Source of the DNA: an uncultured Pseudomonadota bacterium
GTDB taxonomy: Bacteria; Oederibacteriota; Muellerivitia; Muellerivitales; Muellerivitaceae
Assembly: GCA_963836235.1 (NCBI GenBank)
Contig: CAWIIP010000002.1
Location: 224,001-288,000, forward strand
Direction of reading: 5' to 3'
Length of the DNA: 64,000 bases
Part shown: positions 20,980 through 31,061 of the stretch, in pieces
Position numbering within the stretch: the first letter of the stretch is position 1
How the letters are laid out: each line of letters opens with the position of its first letter
Notes under the pieces: generated by a model
Told to the model about the DNA's origin: nothing
The model's database searches: none
Seen by the model: only the letters and a program-made list of their open reading frames with translations
Translations under genes and position numbers: made by a program

Positions 20980-22263
20980 TTATGCCGCTTCAATCTTCGC
21001 CTGTGCGATCAAATAATCCAAGGCTTTCTCATACTGAATCCACTCTTTAACCGATTCCGCATTTTCCTGCTGCTGCAAGTAACGCTTTACGACGTCTACT
21101 GGCTGGTTGACGTTCTTAGAAACCTTATCAAAATAAGCCTCCATATCCTTATCCTCACATAAGATATTTTCGGCAGTCGCTATTTTTTCAACAATCATGG
21201 CCATCTGGACATTCTTCTGGGCCACTGGCCTTAAACCATCGACAAACTCTTTTTTCTGATTATCTGAAAGCTTATTGGCGTCTATTCCTTGGTTTTTTAA
21301 CCTCTCAATTCCTTGTTTCACTAAGCGTTGTTGCTCAATATTAATCAGCGAAACAGGAAGATCAAAGGGATGATTTGCTATCAACGCCTCACCGATCTGC
21401 TCAACCATCTTAGCCCTTTGGTCATTTTCCTTAGCAGTCTTGATCTGGCTTTCCAATTTTTCACGCAGTTCTTTTACCGTTTCGCTCTTTCCCACGTCCT
21501 TGGCAAAGTCATCGTCCACCGCCGGGAGCTTCTTTTCTTTGATCTCGTGGACAACCACAGTGAATTCCGCCTCCTGACCAGCGACTTCTTTTTTTCCATA
21601 ATCTGAAGGAAAGATCATTTTGAATGTTTTGCCCTCACCCTTTTTGATACCAATAAGGTTCGACTCAAAATCTTTCAATAGGTTATTCGATCCGAGTAAC
21701 ACTGGATAGCGGTTCGCCTTGCCCCCCTCAAAAGACTTTCCACCGATTTTCCCCTCAAAATCAATAACGACCAGATCATCCGCCTGGGAAGACCGATCTT
21801 CTACCGGTATAAATTGGGCCATTTGATCCCGTAAATTTTCTACGGCTTTGTTGACTTCTTCTTCGCTTACCAATGTTTTCTCTTTTTTGATTTTAATGCC
21901 TTTGTAGTCCTTTAATTGAAACTCTGGCTTAATTTCTACGGTAGCAACAAACTTGAGGGGCGACCCCTCCTCGAATTGGAGGTGTGTGATTTGAGGCTGG
22001 GAAACGGGATCTATTTTTTGATTAATCAAAGCCGTGCGGAAAAACTCGGGCAACTCATGGTGAACAACCTCTTCTCGAACAGCAGATTTGTATTGTTTTT
22101 TAATGACATCCAGCGGGGCCTTGCCTTTGCGAAATCCGGGTACCTTCGCATCACGTAAAATGCGTCCGTAAATACCATCTACTTTGGTTTGGACGGTTTC
22201 TACCGAAACCTCCACATGAACTTCTTTAGTGCAACCAGAGACATCATTAACGCTAACTTTCAC
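20980..22263 (-). CDS. tig: Trigger factor
   Basis: PGFRKGKAP signature and tig-clpP-clpX synteny. Confidence 0.95.
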   Translation of the reverse strand: MKVSVNDVSGCTKEVHVEVSVETVQTKVDGIYGRILRDAKVPGFRKGKAPLDVIKKQYKSAVREEVVHHELPEFFRTALINQKIDPVSQPQITHLQFEEGSPLKFVATVEIKPEFQLKDYKGIKIKKEKTLVSEEEVNKAVENLRDQMAQFIPVEDRSSQADDLVVIDFEGKIGGKSFEGGKANRYPVLLGSNNLLKDFESNLIGIKKGEGKTFKMIFPSDYGKKEVAGQEAEFTVVVHEIKEKKLPAVDDDFAKDVGKSETVKELREKLESQIKTAKENDQRAKMVEQIGEALIANHPFDLPVSLINIEQQRLVKQGIERLKNQGIDANKLSDNQKKEFVDGLRPVAQKNVQMAMIVEKIATAENILCEDKDMEAYFDKVSKNVNQPVDVVKRYLQQQENAESVKEWIQYEKALDYLIAQAKIEAA

Positions 22264-22293
22264 GATAGCTCCTTAAACTTTATAGTGGATAAA

Positions 22294-22378
22294 TGGTGCG
22301 AGGGGGGGGAGTTGAACCCCCACGGGTTACCCCGCCAGAACCTAAATCTGGTGCGTCTGCCAGTTTCGCCACCCTCGC
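22294..22378 (-). tRNA. tRNA-Leu (anticodon TAG)
   Basis: GCGAGGGTGGCGAAACTGGCAGACGCACCAGAT-TTAG-GTTCTGG...GGTTCAACTCCCCCCCCTCGCACCA: 85 nt with long variable arm and encoded CCA, in the usual position upstream of tig. Confidence 0.95.
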
Positions 22379-22621
22379 AAAAAGGGCCCTGGCGTCAATA
22401 ATAACGCTGGAACAAGTCTATAAAAACCCTTAAAACGGGCACCATCTTACCGGTGGCTAGCGACTCACGTCAATTTAGGAACCTAACTTTTTACTGAAAG
22501 AAGATAAAAAGCCAAGGATAAATCAGGACAAATTAACCTTTGGACACTTGATAATAGGTACCATCACACTCTTTCTTCAATACCAATAGAATAAGATTTA
22601 AGTCAATATTAAGGACATTGG

Positions 22622-24202
22622 ATGAAACCTTCTGAAATATCCCATATCGACTTGGCCATTATCGGCGGTGGTATCAATGGAGCCGGCTTGGCGGCTCAAG
22701 CGGCCAACGCTGGTCTTTCGGTGGTTCTTTTTGAAAAAGGTGATTTTGCTTCCGGCACTTCCAGTAAATCCACCAAACTAGTTCACGGGGGCATCCGCTA
22801 CCTTGAGCAGGGTCGTTTTTCCTTGGTCTTCGAATCCCTTCACGAACGACAGCGATTGATCAAATCCGCTCCACATCTGGTTCATCCCATTTCATTCCTT
22901 CTTCCTTCATATAAATTCGATAGGGTCCCAGCCTGGAAACTTAAACTGGGCTTGTGGCTATACGATCTGTTGGCGGGAGCTCAAAACATTGCCAAACACC
23001 GCTGGTTTTCTCCTGCCGAAACCCTTGAAATGACGTCGGCGCTGAATCCCACGAATTTGACGGGATGCGGACTTTACCACGACGCACAGGTAAATGACGC
23101 TCGATTAGTCTTGGAAAACATCCTCGCCGCCGAAGGCGCGCAGGCCCACTGTTTTAATTATTGCCAAGTAACGCAAATTGACCGAACTGCCAATGAAATC
23201 AGAATTTTTTACCATGACGATCATTCAAATGAAGCTGGTGTTGTCACGACCGCTTGTCTCGTTAACGCTTCCGGGCCATGGGTCGGTCAAATCGCAAAAC
23301 TTGTTTCAGACGACGCCCTTCAATTGGTTCGCCCCACCCGTGGAACCCATATCGTCGTTCCGGAGATACTGCCCTCACAGGCCGTCCTTATCACGACTCA
23401 AAAGGACAACCGTATCATTTTCGTGATTCCATGGCGTGGTTATAGCTTAGTCGGCACCACGGATCTTGATGATTCCGAAAACCCGGATAACGTCCACCCA
23501 ACTGAAGAAGAAATCGATTATTTGCTTCGGGAAGCTTCTCGGGTTTTTCCTAAATGTTCATGGGACCGAAAGCTTGTGATCGCGGCTTTTGCGGGTCTCC
23601 GGCCTTTGGCTTGGTCCGATGGAGGCCATGCTTCCGACCTTTCCAGAGAAGATAAAATTTTATCCGATGGCAACATCCTAACTATTGTCGGGGGTAAATT
23701 AACGACTTATCACGCCATGGCTCAAAAAGCTCTGGTTCAGGTGAAAAATATCCTCAAAAAAACCGCCGAGAGCCAAATAGTACGCTTGCCCGGAACACCT
23801 GAAAAACCATGGAATTTATTTTTAAAAGATGAAACCCAAAAATGGGTTACAAAGTATGAACTAACGGAACCTCAAGCGGTTCATCTGGCCCAGCTTTACG
23901 GGCAAAGGGCCGAAGAAGTTCTGGCACTGTTGGAAGAAGACCCGCGCATGTGCGAGCATCTTCATCCCGCAAGGCCAGAAGTGTTGGCCCAGGTGGCTTA
24001 CGCGGTTCAAAAAGAAAAGGCCCTGCACTTGGAAGACGTGATGCTGCGCAGGTTGGAAATAGGATATAGCAAGGAACGTTGGGGGGAAGCGGCGGAAAAA
24101 GCCTCGCGGATAATGGCAGAACTTTTAAATTGGGACGAGAATATTCGGCAAAAAGAATTAGAGCGGTACCATCAAAAATTGTACCCGGCCCCAACAACCT
24201 GA
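22622..24202 (+). CDS. glpD: FAD-dependent glycerol-3-phosphate dehydrogenase
   Basis: IIGGGINGAG, DFASGTSSKSTKLVHGGIRYLE and GGKLTTY. Confidence 0.92.
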   Translation: MKPSEISHIDLAIIGGGINGAGLAAQAANAGLSVVLFEKGDFASGTSSKSTKLVHGGIRYLEQGRFSLVFESLHERQRLIKSAPHLVHPISFLLPSYKFDRVPAWKLKLGLWLYDLLAGAQNIAKHRWFSPAETLEMTSALNPTNLTGCGLYHDAQVNDARLVLENILAAEGAQAHCFNYCQVTQIDRTANEIRIFYHDDHSNEAGVVTTACLVNASGPWVGQIAKLVSDDALQLVRPTRGTHIVVPEILPSQAVLITTQKDNRIIFVIPWRGYSLVGTTDLDDSENPDNVHPTEEEIDYLLREASRVFPKCSWDRKLVIAAFAGLRPLAWSDGGHASDLSREDKILSDGNILTIVGGKLTTYHAMAQKALVQVKNILKKTAESQIVRLPGTPEKPWNLFLKDETQKWVTKYELTEPQAVHLAQLYGQRAEEVLALLEEDPRMCEHLHPARPEVLAQVAYAVQKEKALHLEDVMLRRLEIGYSKERWGEAAEKASRIMAELLNWDENIRQKELERYHQKLYPAPTT

Positions 24203-24288
24203 CCCAAGTCTTGACTTGTTTTGTATCAAAGCCGTAAGTTAGCATAATGTTTAGATTAAACCCAAAGACCTACTTCGGAGGATTTTCC

Positions 24289-25215
24289 ATGGAAAAAGTC
24301 ATTATCATCGGTTCCGGTCCGGCGGGTTACACAGCGGCTTTATACGCCTCTCGAGCCAATCTGAATCCTCTCTTGATCGATGGCCCTCAGCCGGGCGGGC
24401 AATTGACCACCACCACCGAGGTTGAGAATTTCCCCGGTTTTCCCGAGGGTATCCAAGGGCCCCAATTGATGGAAAACATGAAACAACAGGCGGCCCGTTT
24501 TGGTACCCGTTATAAAACTGGTTTTGTGACAAAAGTCGATTTTTCCAAGCGGCCCTTCAAGCTTTGGGTAGACGAAAAAGAACAACTAGAAGCCGAGGCC
24601 ATCATTATTTGCACGGGTGCTTCGGCTAAATACGGCGGGGTTCCACGAGAAATGGAGTTGGTGGGCCACGGTGTGTCCGCCTGCGCTACTTGTGATGGCT
24701 TTTTTTTTAAAAACCAGGAAATAGCCGTTGTCGGCGGGGGGGATTCAGCTATGGAAGAGGCCAATTTCCTGACCAAGTTCGGCAAAAGCGTGACGATCAT
24801 CCATCGCCGGGAAGAATTTCGGGCCTCAAAAATCATGCTGGAACGAGCCAAGGCAAATCCCAAGATTAAATGGATGATGAATTCAGCCATTACCGAATTG
24901 GTGGGGGAAAAAGTCCTTGAGGGAATCAAGGTCAAAAACTTAAAAACAAATGAAGAAAAGACCCATCCCTTCACGGGCCTCTTTTTCGCAATCGGCCATA
25001 CTCCCAACACCAACATATTTAAAGGCCAGTTGGAGATGGATGAGGTTGGCTACCTAAAACTACCCCATCCGCCTAAGACTATTACTCATATTCCTGGAGT
25101 TTTCGCGGCCGGGGACGTAGCGGACCATTATTATCGGCAAGCCATTTCAGCTGCGGGCATGGGCTGCATGGCGGCTATTGAAGCGGAAAGATGGCTATCC
25201 GAACAAGGTAAGTAA
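24289..25215 (+). CDS. trxB: Thioredoxin reductase
   Basis: IIGSGPAG, CATCDG, GGGDSA and AAGDV. GGAGG precedes ATG 24289. Confidence 0.95.
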   Translation: MEKVIIIGSGPAGYTAALYASRANLNPLLIDGPQPGGQLTTTTEVENFPGFPEGIQGPQLMENMKQQAARFGTRYKTGFVTKVDFSKRPFKLWVDEKEQLEAEAIIICTGASAKYGGVPREMELVGHGVSACATCDGFFFKNQEIAVVGGGDSAMEEANFLTKFGKSVTIIHRREEFRASKIMLERAKANPKIKWMMNSAITELVGEKVLEGIKVKNLKTNEEKTHPFTGLFFAIGHTPNTNIFKGQLEMDEVGYLKLPHPPKTITHIPGVFAAGDVADHYYRQAISAAGMGCMAAIEAERWLSEQGK

Positions 25216-25286
25216 GAGCAGTCCAAGAACAACCTGCCCAGACCGGTCCAAACGAATCAAAAGGTTATAAAATTGCGAAAAGACGC

Positions 25287-26939
25287 TCAAATTTCCATGA
25301 TGACCGGCATAATCATGGGCCGCCGGTTGGATTTCTGGGAGAAAAATTTCTGAAGGGTCTTTCGCATCGTCTCTTTAACCGTTGACCAATCGGTGATCTT
25401 ATCGTGGATTTCTTCTTCCAAAGTTTTTCTTAGTAATTCCTTAGCGTCATTCATCAGCTCATCCGAAAGGCTTTCGGAAAAACCACGGGTGACCAGATCC
25501 GGCCCGCCGACGATTTTCCCCTTGGCCGTATCCACCGTAACGAGGCCTACGACCACACCATCCTGTGACAGGTGCAAGCGGTCCCGTAATACGACCTCTC
25601 CCACGTCGGAGATATGCTTTCCGTCCACCAAAATAGTACCTCCGGAAAGTTCCTTCTCGATTCGCGCCTCCTCACCCTCAATAATAAATTTTTCGCCATT
25701 TTCAAGGATGATGGTATTTTCCGGTGATATGCCCATTTGCTCCGCCAATCGGGCGTGCAAAACCAGATGGCGGTACTCCCCATGTACGGGTATAAAATAC
25801 TTCGGTTTCACCAAAGCGATCATGATTTTTTGCTCTTCCTGGCAGGCGTGACCTGAAACATGGATTTCGGAAACTGCCTCATACAACACCTCGGCCCCGC
25901 GGCGGTAAAGCAAGTTGATAATATTGGAAATAGCCCTTTCGTTTCCAGGAATAGTGCGGGCGGATAAAAGCACCATATCGTCCGGCTGAAGTGAAATTTG
26001 CTTGTGGTCCCCCATGGCCATGCGGGAAACACTGCTCATGGGCTCACCCTGGCTACCGGTTGTCACAATGACTATTTCCTTCGGATCCATGCCTTTCAGG
26101 TTATCCGGCTGGACTAGTAAATTGGCGGGGATATGCATAAAGCCCAAGTCCCGGGCTACCTGGGTGTTTCTCACCATGCTGCGGCCCATAATGCAAACCT
26201 TGCGTCCGACTTTTTTCGCAGCCTCGATGACCTGCTGGACGCGGTGGATATTGCTGGCAAAACAAGCCACGATGATCCGGCGCTTGGCTTTGGGGAATAT
26301 CCGCTCGAACTCCTCACCCACCACCTTTTCCGAGAGGGTGTAGCCTTCCCTTTCCACGTTGGTGGAATCGGACATGAGAATCAATACACCCTTGGAACCA
26401 TAATCGGCAAAACGGTTCAGGTCGGTAGGAATTCCATCCACGGGTGTGGGATCGATTTTGAAATCACCCGTATGAATTACGACCCCCGCGGGGGTCGTAA
26501 GGGCGATTCCGCACCCATCCACGATACTATGAGTGACGCGGATATATTCGATATGAAAAGGCCCAATATCAAAAGTGTTCTTAGGGTCAACTTCCACGAA
26601 AGTGGGCGGGGTCTCAAGTTTGAATTCCTCTAGCTTTGCTTTCACAAAACCCAGCGTCAGTTTCGTTCCATAAATCGGTACGTTGAGTTTTTGAAGGATG
26701 TAGGGAACGGCCCCAATATGGTCCTCGTGGCCATGGGTAAGAAGGATGGCCTTCAGCCGACCCGGTGTCTCGGCGAGAAAATTGAAGTCCGGAATGATGT
26801 AATCGACCCCAGGGTGCATCTCATCGGGGAACATCAGGCCCGCGTCGATCATGACGGCTTGTCCGTCATACTCCAACAGGGCCATGTTTTTACCGATTTC
26901 GCCTAAACCGCCTAATGGAATAAAAGAAAGTTGTCCCAA
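25287..26939 (-). CDS. rnj: Ribonuclease J
   Basis: PLGGLGEIGKNM, THGHEDHIG, HVSGHA and PVHGE. Confidence 0.95.
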   Translation of the reverse strand: MGQLSFIPLGGLGEIGKNMALLEYDGQAVMIDAGLMFPDEMHPGVDYIIPDFNFLAETPGRLKAILLTHGHEDHIGAVPYILQKLNVPIYGTKLTLGFVKAKLEEFKLETPPTFVEVDPKNTFDIGPFHIEYIRVTHSIVDGCGIALTTPAGVVIHTGDFKIDPTPVDGIPTDLNRFADYGSKGVLILMSDSTNVEREGYTLSEKVVGEEFERIFPKAKRRIIVACFASNIHRVQQVIEAAKKVGRKVCIMGRSMVRNTQVARDLGFMHIPANLLVQPDNLKGMDPKEIVIVTTGSQGEPMSSVSRMAMGDHKQISLQPDDMVLLSARTIPGNERAISNIINLLYRRGAEVLYEAVSEIHVSGHACQEEQKIMIALVKPKYFIPVHGEYRHLVLHARLAEQMGISPENTIILENGEKFIIEGEEARIEKELSGGTILVDGKHISDVGEVVLRDRLHLSQDGVVVGLVTVDTAKGKIVGGPDLVTRGFSESLSDELMNDAKELLRKTLEEEIHDKITDWSTVKETMRKTLQKFFSQKSNRRPMIMPVIMEI

Positions 26940-26972
26940 TTTTGTTCCTTGTAGTTGAAAGACTAAAAAAAC

Positions 26973-27003
26973 AAAGCCTTCTTCTTGAAATGAAGAAGGC
27001 TTT
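26973..27003. terminator. Terminator hairpin downstream of the RRM gene
   Basis: aaagccttcttc-ttgaaat-gaagaaggcttt with an A run on the left, which is the U tail for minus-strand transcription. Confidence 0.7.
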
Positions 27004-27024
27004 GAATGATAAATTACAGTTTAT

Positions 27025-27528
27025 TTACCAACGGTTTCCAAAACTCTCCCCATCGGGACTCCGACGACCGCCACCATGGGAGCCATCCCCTCTATCTCTG
27101 CGGGGCCGATTCCCTGCGCCGAAATCATCCTTGCCGCCACCGAAGCCGCCTTCCCGGCGGCCTCCGCCACCGTTGCCGCCATAGCCGCCTTCGCGACGCC
27201 CCCCTCCACTACCGCCAAAACCGCCTCCGCCGCCCCGGTTACCCCGAAATCCTCCTCCACCGCCACCTTTGCGATCTTCCATGGGACGGGCTTCGTTGAC
27301 GACGATATTGCGGGAACCCACGCTGCTACCGTTGAATTTTTGAATCGCGGCCTGGGCTTCCGTGTCGGTGGCCATTTCCACAAAGCCAAAACCCTTGGAT
27401 CTTCCGGATATCTTATCCGAAATTACTTTCGCGCTTTCCACCCGCCCGCAGGCCGAGAAAAGCTCTTGTAATTGTGCGTCGGTCATCTCAAATGGAAGGC
27501 TTCCAACATATAATCGCTTGCCCATCAC
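27025..27528 (-). CDS. RRM RNA-binding protein with Gly/Arg-rich tail
   Basis: RNP2 LYVGSL, RNP1 KGFGFVEM, VNEARP and a glycine-rich tail. Confidence 0.92.
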   Translation of the reverse strand: MMGKRLYVGSLPFEMTDAQLQELFSACGRVESAKVISDKISGRSKGFGFVEMATDTEAQAAIQKFNGSSVGSRNIVVNEARPMEDRKGGGGGGFRGNRGGGGGFGGSGGGRREGGYGGNGGGGRREGGFGGGKDDFGAGNRPRRDRGDGSHGGGRRSPDGESFGNRW

Positions 27529-27581
27529 GTCTCCTTATCATTTCAAGTTGCCGAAAATTAGTTTCAAAAGACGGGCGTCGG

Positions 27582-28418
27582 TCAAGCGGCCGTCTTTGGA
27601 TTTAAAAAACCTCTTGAAAAATCATCGTTCAAAAATTTCTGGGTAAACTCATCCATTTCAGCCATTTTTGCGTAGAACTTCTGGATAATATACTCTGTGT
27701 CCATTCCTACCTGATCTCCATAGGGTTTCAAACTTCGGATTTCCTTAACGGCTAAACGGGTGAAAAATCCCCACCACATTTTCAAGATCCATGTCTTGAA
27801 GGGGCCACAGTGGTCCATCAAGGTCTGAACTCCCAGCTTGGTTCCAGCGATATGGCGAGACTCATCCTTTAGCATCAAACGGATCATTTCCTTTCCCGTA
27901 GTGTCAACCGCTTCCAATTCGAGGGATTTTTGGAAAATGGCTCCGGCCATGGTCTCTGTAAAATAGGTCGCCAATATCCAGCGTTCCACCGGCATGGGCC
28001 CACTGGTGGACAAGAAGACAAGCCAATCAAAAGCTTTTTGCTTGGCCGGGGGCGAATTGAGTTTATAAAGATATTTTCGAAAAACAAACAAATGTTTGGC
28101 TTCATCGCAGCATTGTGTTGAGTAATAGGTAACCATTTCATTAATATTGAACATATGGGCGGCCTTATTCATCAGGCGCTGGATGATTTCGAGTCCTTGC
28201 CATTCTCCCTCATAAAAATAATGAAGGATATTAATCCACCCTTCTTTTATATTTCCCAACTCGATAGGTTGGTTCCAATTAATGGCGCCTTCCGGATCCC
28301 AATTGGCCGCGAAAGCCATGCGAGAAAGACCGTCCCAGGTTTTGGCATTAGCCTTTTCAAGAATTTCAGGTTTTGTTCCCTCGTTATTGATCACTGAAGC
28401 TTCCATAATTTGTGACAT
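27582..28418 (-). CDS. Ferritin-like diiron protein (AurF/aldehyde decarbonylase-like)
   Basis: EGE...DEAKH...ETMA...DESRH paired ExxH ligands. Confidence 0.75.
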   Translation of the reverse strand: MSQIMEASVINNEGTKPEILEKANAKTWDGLSRMAFAANWDPEGAINWNQPIELGNIKEGWINILHYFYEGEWQGLEIIQRLMNKAAHMFNINEMVTYYSTQCCDEAKHLFVFRKYLYKLNSPPAKQKAFDWLVFLSTSGPMPVERWILATYFTETMAGAIFQKSLELEAVDTTGKEMIRLMLKDESRHIAGTKLGVQTLMDHCGPFKTWILKMWWGFFTRLAVKEIRSLKPYGDQVGMDTEYIIQKFYAKMAEMDEFTQKFLNDDFSRGFLNPKTAA

Positions 28419-28450
28419 AAAAACTTAACCTCTCTCTTAATTTTTTAACT

Positions 28451-29029
28451 TTACTTTGAACTTACTCGCTTCCAAACCATTTTCAGCTTCACTGGAACAG
28501 CGTCCTGAATCGGCATCGTCAAAAGGCTGGGTGGCGTTATATCGAAAGCTTTCAAGCTTATAATAATTTGGCCCGCAAGGCTGGCTTCGTCGGATTTCCA
28601 CTCCAAAACATCCATGGATATTTTGGGATATTTTACTTTTTTCCCCGCAAAACTGATTTCCAAATCCATTACTATAGTTTTAAGATTTTGGTTTGTATGG
28701 ATTTCTGCCGTTTTCGCGTTGACTTCAATCAATGGATAAAGGCCAGCTTTGGTAACCTCTAACATATGAAGATCCCGGTTGTTATCTCCAGAATCAAAGG
28801 ATTTCACGGGAACCGCCACCAAAAACTCACAATTTCGCTCATAGCATACACCTTTTCCCTTGGCGGATAAACTCTTTCCATGAACAACGTGCAAAGGGTG
28901 GGTAACCACATACGAAATCTCAGATTTTTCCAGTAACCATTGCTCTTTCGGACCTCCGGCAAAACCAAAAGCAGGAATCCACAAGGCAAAAAGATAAGCT
29001 AAGACTATTTTCATGGTTTTCCAGTTCAA
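28451..29029 (-). CDS. YceI-family lipid/polyisoprenoid-binding protein
   Basis: Signal peptide, HPLHVVHG, SFDSGDNNRDLHM and FDITPP. Confidence 0.8.
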   Translation of the reverse strand: MNWKTMKIVLAYLFALWIPAFGFAGGPKEQWLLEKSEISYVVTHPLHVVHGKSLSAKGKGVCYERNCEFLVAVPVKSFDSGDNNRDLHMLEVTKAGLYPLIEVNAKTAEIHTNQNLKTIVMDLEISFAGKKVKYPKISMDVLEWKSDEASLAGQIIISLKAFDITPPSLLTMPIQDAVPVKLKMVWKRVSSK

Positions 29030-29634
29030 AAAGTCATAATGGTCAATGAAGCCAAATAGGAGGCCAAAAGAGTGGTGGCCATAGTCCCATGGACCACCCC
29101 AAGATTACCGATTGGTTGATGGTTAGCGATACGATCATTGACCATATCCCCCACCAACGGAACTAAAATCATCAATGGAAGATGTATCCAAGACAAGGCT
29201 TCATGGACCCCTGTGCTGCCGCTAGGCTTCAAACCCTTCGGTTTTGGAGCAAGAATTTCAAATAAAGCAGTCGTGCCATACAGAGCTACCGTCGTCAAGC
29301 CCAAGGTCGTATGCAACCTGGTATCCGTACTTCCATTCGAAACATTACCCGCCGTCGCAATCCCCAAAACGAATTCGGTAGCCATGGGTATCGCCGTAAT
29401 GAGACCCAAAGTTTGGTGGATTTTGAGCATATCAGTTCGGGTTTCCAGATCCTTTTGGAATTGAGGATCACTTTGAGTTTCTTCTTTCGAAAATCCCAAA
29501 TCCTCAATGGACATCGGTGTTTGAGAAGCAGAATCTGATATTTTTTGGGGGGAGATGATTTTTTCAGCCGCTAAAGAAGGAAGGTAACCAGTGATAAAAG
29601 CTGCGAAAAAGACTATCGAAAATTTAGGAACCAT
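29026..29634 (-). CDS. Hypothetical membrane protein with several TM His residues
   Basis: Signal peptide and TM helices carrying His (KIHQTLG, LHTTLG, VHEALSWIH, VHGTMA). Confidence 0.55.
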   Translation of the reverse strand: MVPKFSIVFFAAFITGYLPSLAAEKIISPQKISDSASQTPMSIEDLGFSKEETQSDPQFQKDLETRTDMLKIHQTLGLITAIPMATEFVLGIATAGNVSNGSTDTRLHTTLGLTTVALYGTTALFEILAPKPKGLKPSGSTGVHEALSWIHLPLMILVPLVGDMVNDRIANHQPIGNLGVVHGTMATTLLASYLASLTIMTF

Positions 29635-29732
29635 TTTTTAAAAAAAATCCTTTGAGTAAATTCATTGAACAATATCGCCGATTTGTTTTTTAACTTCAAG
29701 ACCGAATACGGCTAAAAACCTCACTTTTAGCG

Positions 29733-30329
29733 TCAATTAACTTTTTTTCTTAAAGTTACATCATTAGTAGGAATGGAAGTATTGTCTGATTTGTCAAATT
29801 TCAATAACGATTTCTCATCCAGTGGCGCTTGAGGCAAAACTTGATATTCCCCACGCGCGAAGCGGTTGTACCTTTGAATAGCATTAAATTTCGCCGTCTG
29901 AGCTTCCGATTGAAAAAGCCCTCCAACATCAAAGGAAATCCCGCCCCCAATAGCCGTAATCCAAAAGGGTGCATATTGCTCAACAGGCGAAGTTAATAGC
30001 CCCGTAATCCCGGTCGCCACTCCCAGAAGACCAATAATCTTAAATATCTGTCCAGTCGACGCCGAACTCTCGGAACGTTTCAATAAGCGAATGGCTTCAT
30101 AATCGTTTACTGGAAAAATTATTTTTTCAAAGTCCTTATTGCCCGCTAAAAAGTTATCGTTTATGGAATAACACAATCCGCTTAAAGTCGTATAGTTTAC
30201 TTCGATAGGCTTTAACTTAACCGAACCCGATGTAGTGTTAATTGAATTTTCTTGGGCTCTTAATCCGCAAGGAATTCCCACCGCAAGAAATATCAAAAAA
30301 GTAATCGGTTTTCTTCGAACACTATTCAT
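29733..30329 (-). CDS. Hypothetical exported/membrane protein
   Basis: 198 aa with signal peptide and two TMs; GGAG upstream. Confidence 0.55.
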   Translation of the reverse strand: MNSVRRKPITFLIFLAVGIPCGLRAQENSINTTSGSVKLKPIEVNYTTLSGLCYSINDNFLAGNKDFEKIIFPVNDYEAIRLLKRSESSASTGQIFKIIGLLGVATGITGLLTSPVEQYAPFWITAIGGGISFDVGGLFQSEAQTAKFNAIQRYNRFARGEYQVLPQAPLDEKSLLKFDKSDNTSIPTNDVTLRKKVN

Positions 30330-30403
30330 GGTTTCTCCTAATGGTCACGACGCTAGGAGAATAACAAAGATTTAATAGGTCGTAAATATTTGTGAAAAGT
30401 CGA

Positions 30404-31061
30404 TTACCTTTGGATGAGGACTTTGGTGGTCTGTTTCTGCACGAAGGTGCCGTTGAGATCGTTCAAGTTCACCACCACGATGTAAAGGCCGCTGGATAAT
30501 CCCGACAGGTTCAGGTCCACTTCGTTCGTCCCTGGGGTTCCCGTGACCGGCTTCTTCACCAATTCTCCCGCCACGTCATACACACTCGCCGTCAACGTCA
30601 TGTCCGTCGTCGATTCCACCTTCACCTTCGTCGTGTCCGTCCCCTTCAGGATGTTCGGCGCCGCGTACACGTTCCCGTTCGTCACCGGGCTGTTCCCTCT
30701 CTGCACAATCACGCTCTTTGATACCACTTCCTCCCCACCGCTCCCATTCGTCCAGTTCACCGATATCTCATATACCCCGTTCGTCACGATCGACCCGTTA
30801 TCACTCGTTCCATCCCACACCACCGACGTCCCATTGAACGTAATCGTCACTGAATTGTCCCCGCCCGGCGTCGGCGTCCCAACCCTCGGCGCGATCATCC
30901 CCGTCGATAACGCCACCTCCCCCAAGGACACGTTCCCAGGGTCATCCGCGTAGCTATACAAATGCTTCACCACTTCTCCCGCCTCGTTGTACACATCCAC
31001 CACCACCTGCGCGATCGACCGGCTCACCGTCACCGTCTGCGATACGTTCGTCACCACTCCG
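30404..31061. repeat. 658-bp direct repeat, copy 1 (matches 36181-36838)
   Basis: Visual alignment at offset 5777 shows no mismatches. A further 106-bp identical block links 31101-31206 and 36878-36983. Confidence 0.9.

Noticed and set aside
22294-22378. tRNA-Leu as an island integration site
   Set aside because: No duplicated tRNA 3' end or integrase seen nearby; normal tRNA-Leu-tig synteny is intact.
27130-27270. GGC/GGT-rich low-complexity repeat
   Set aside because: Ordinary glycine-rich tail of an RRM protein.
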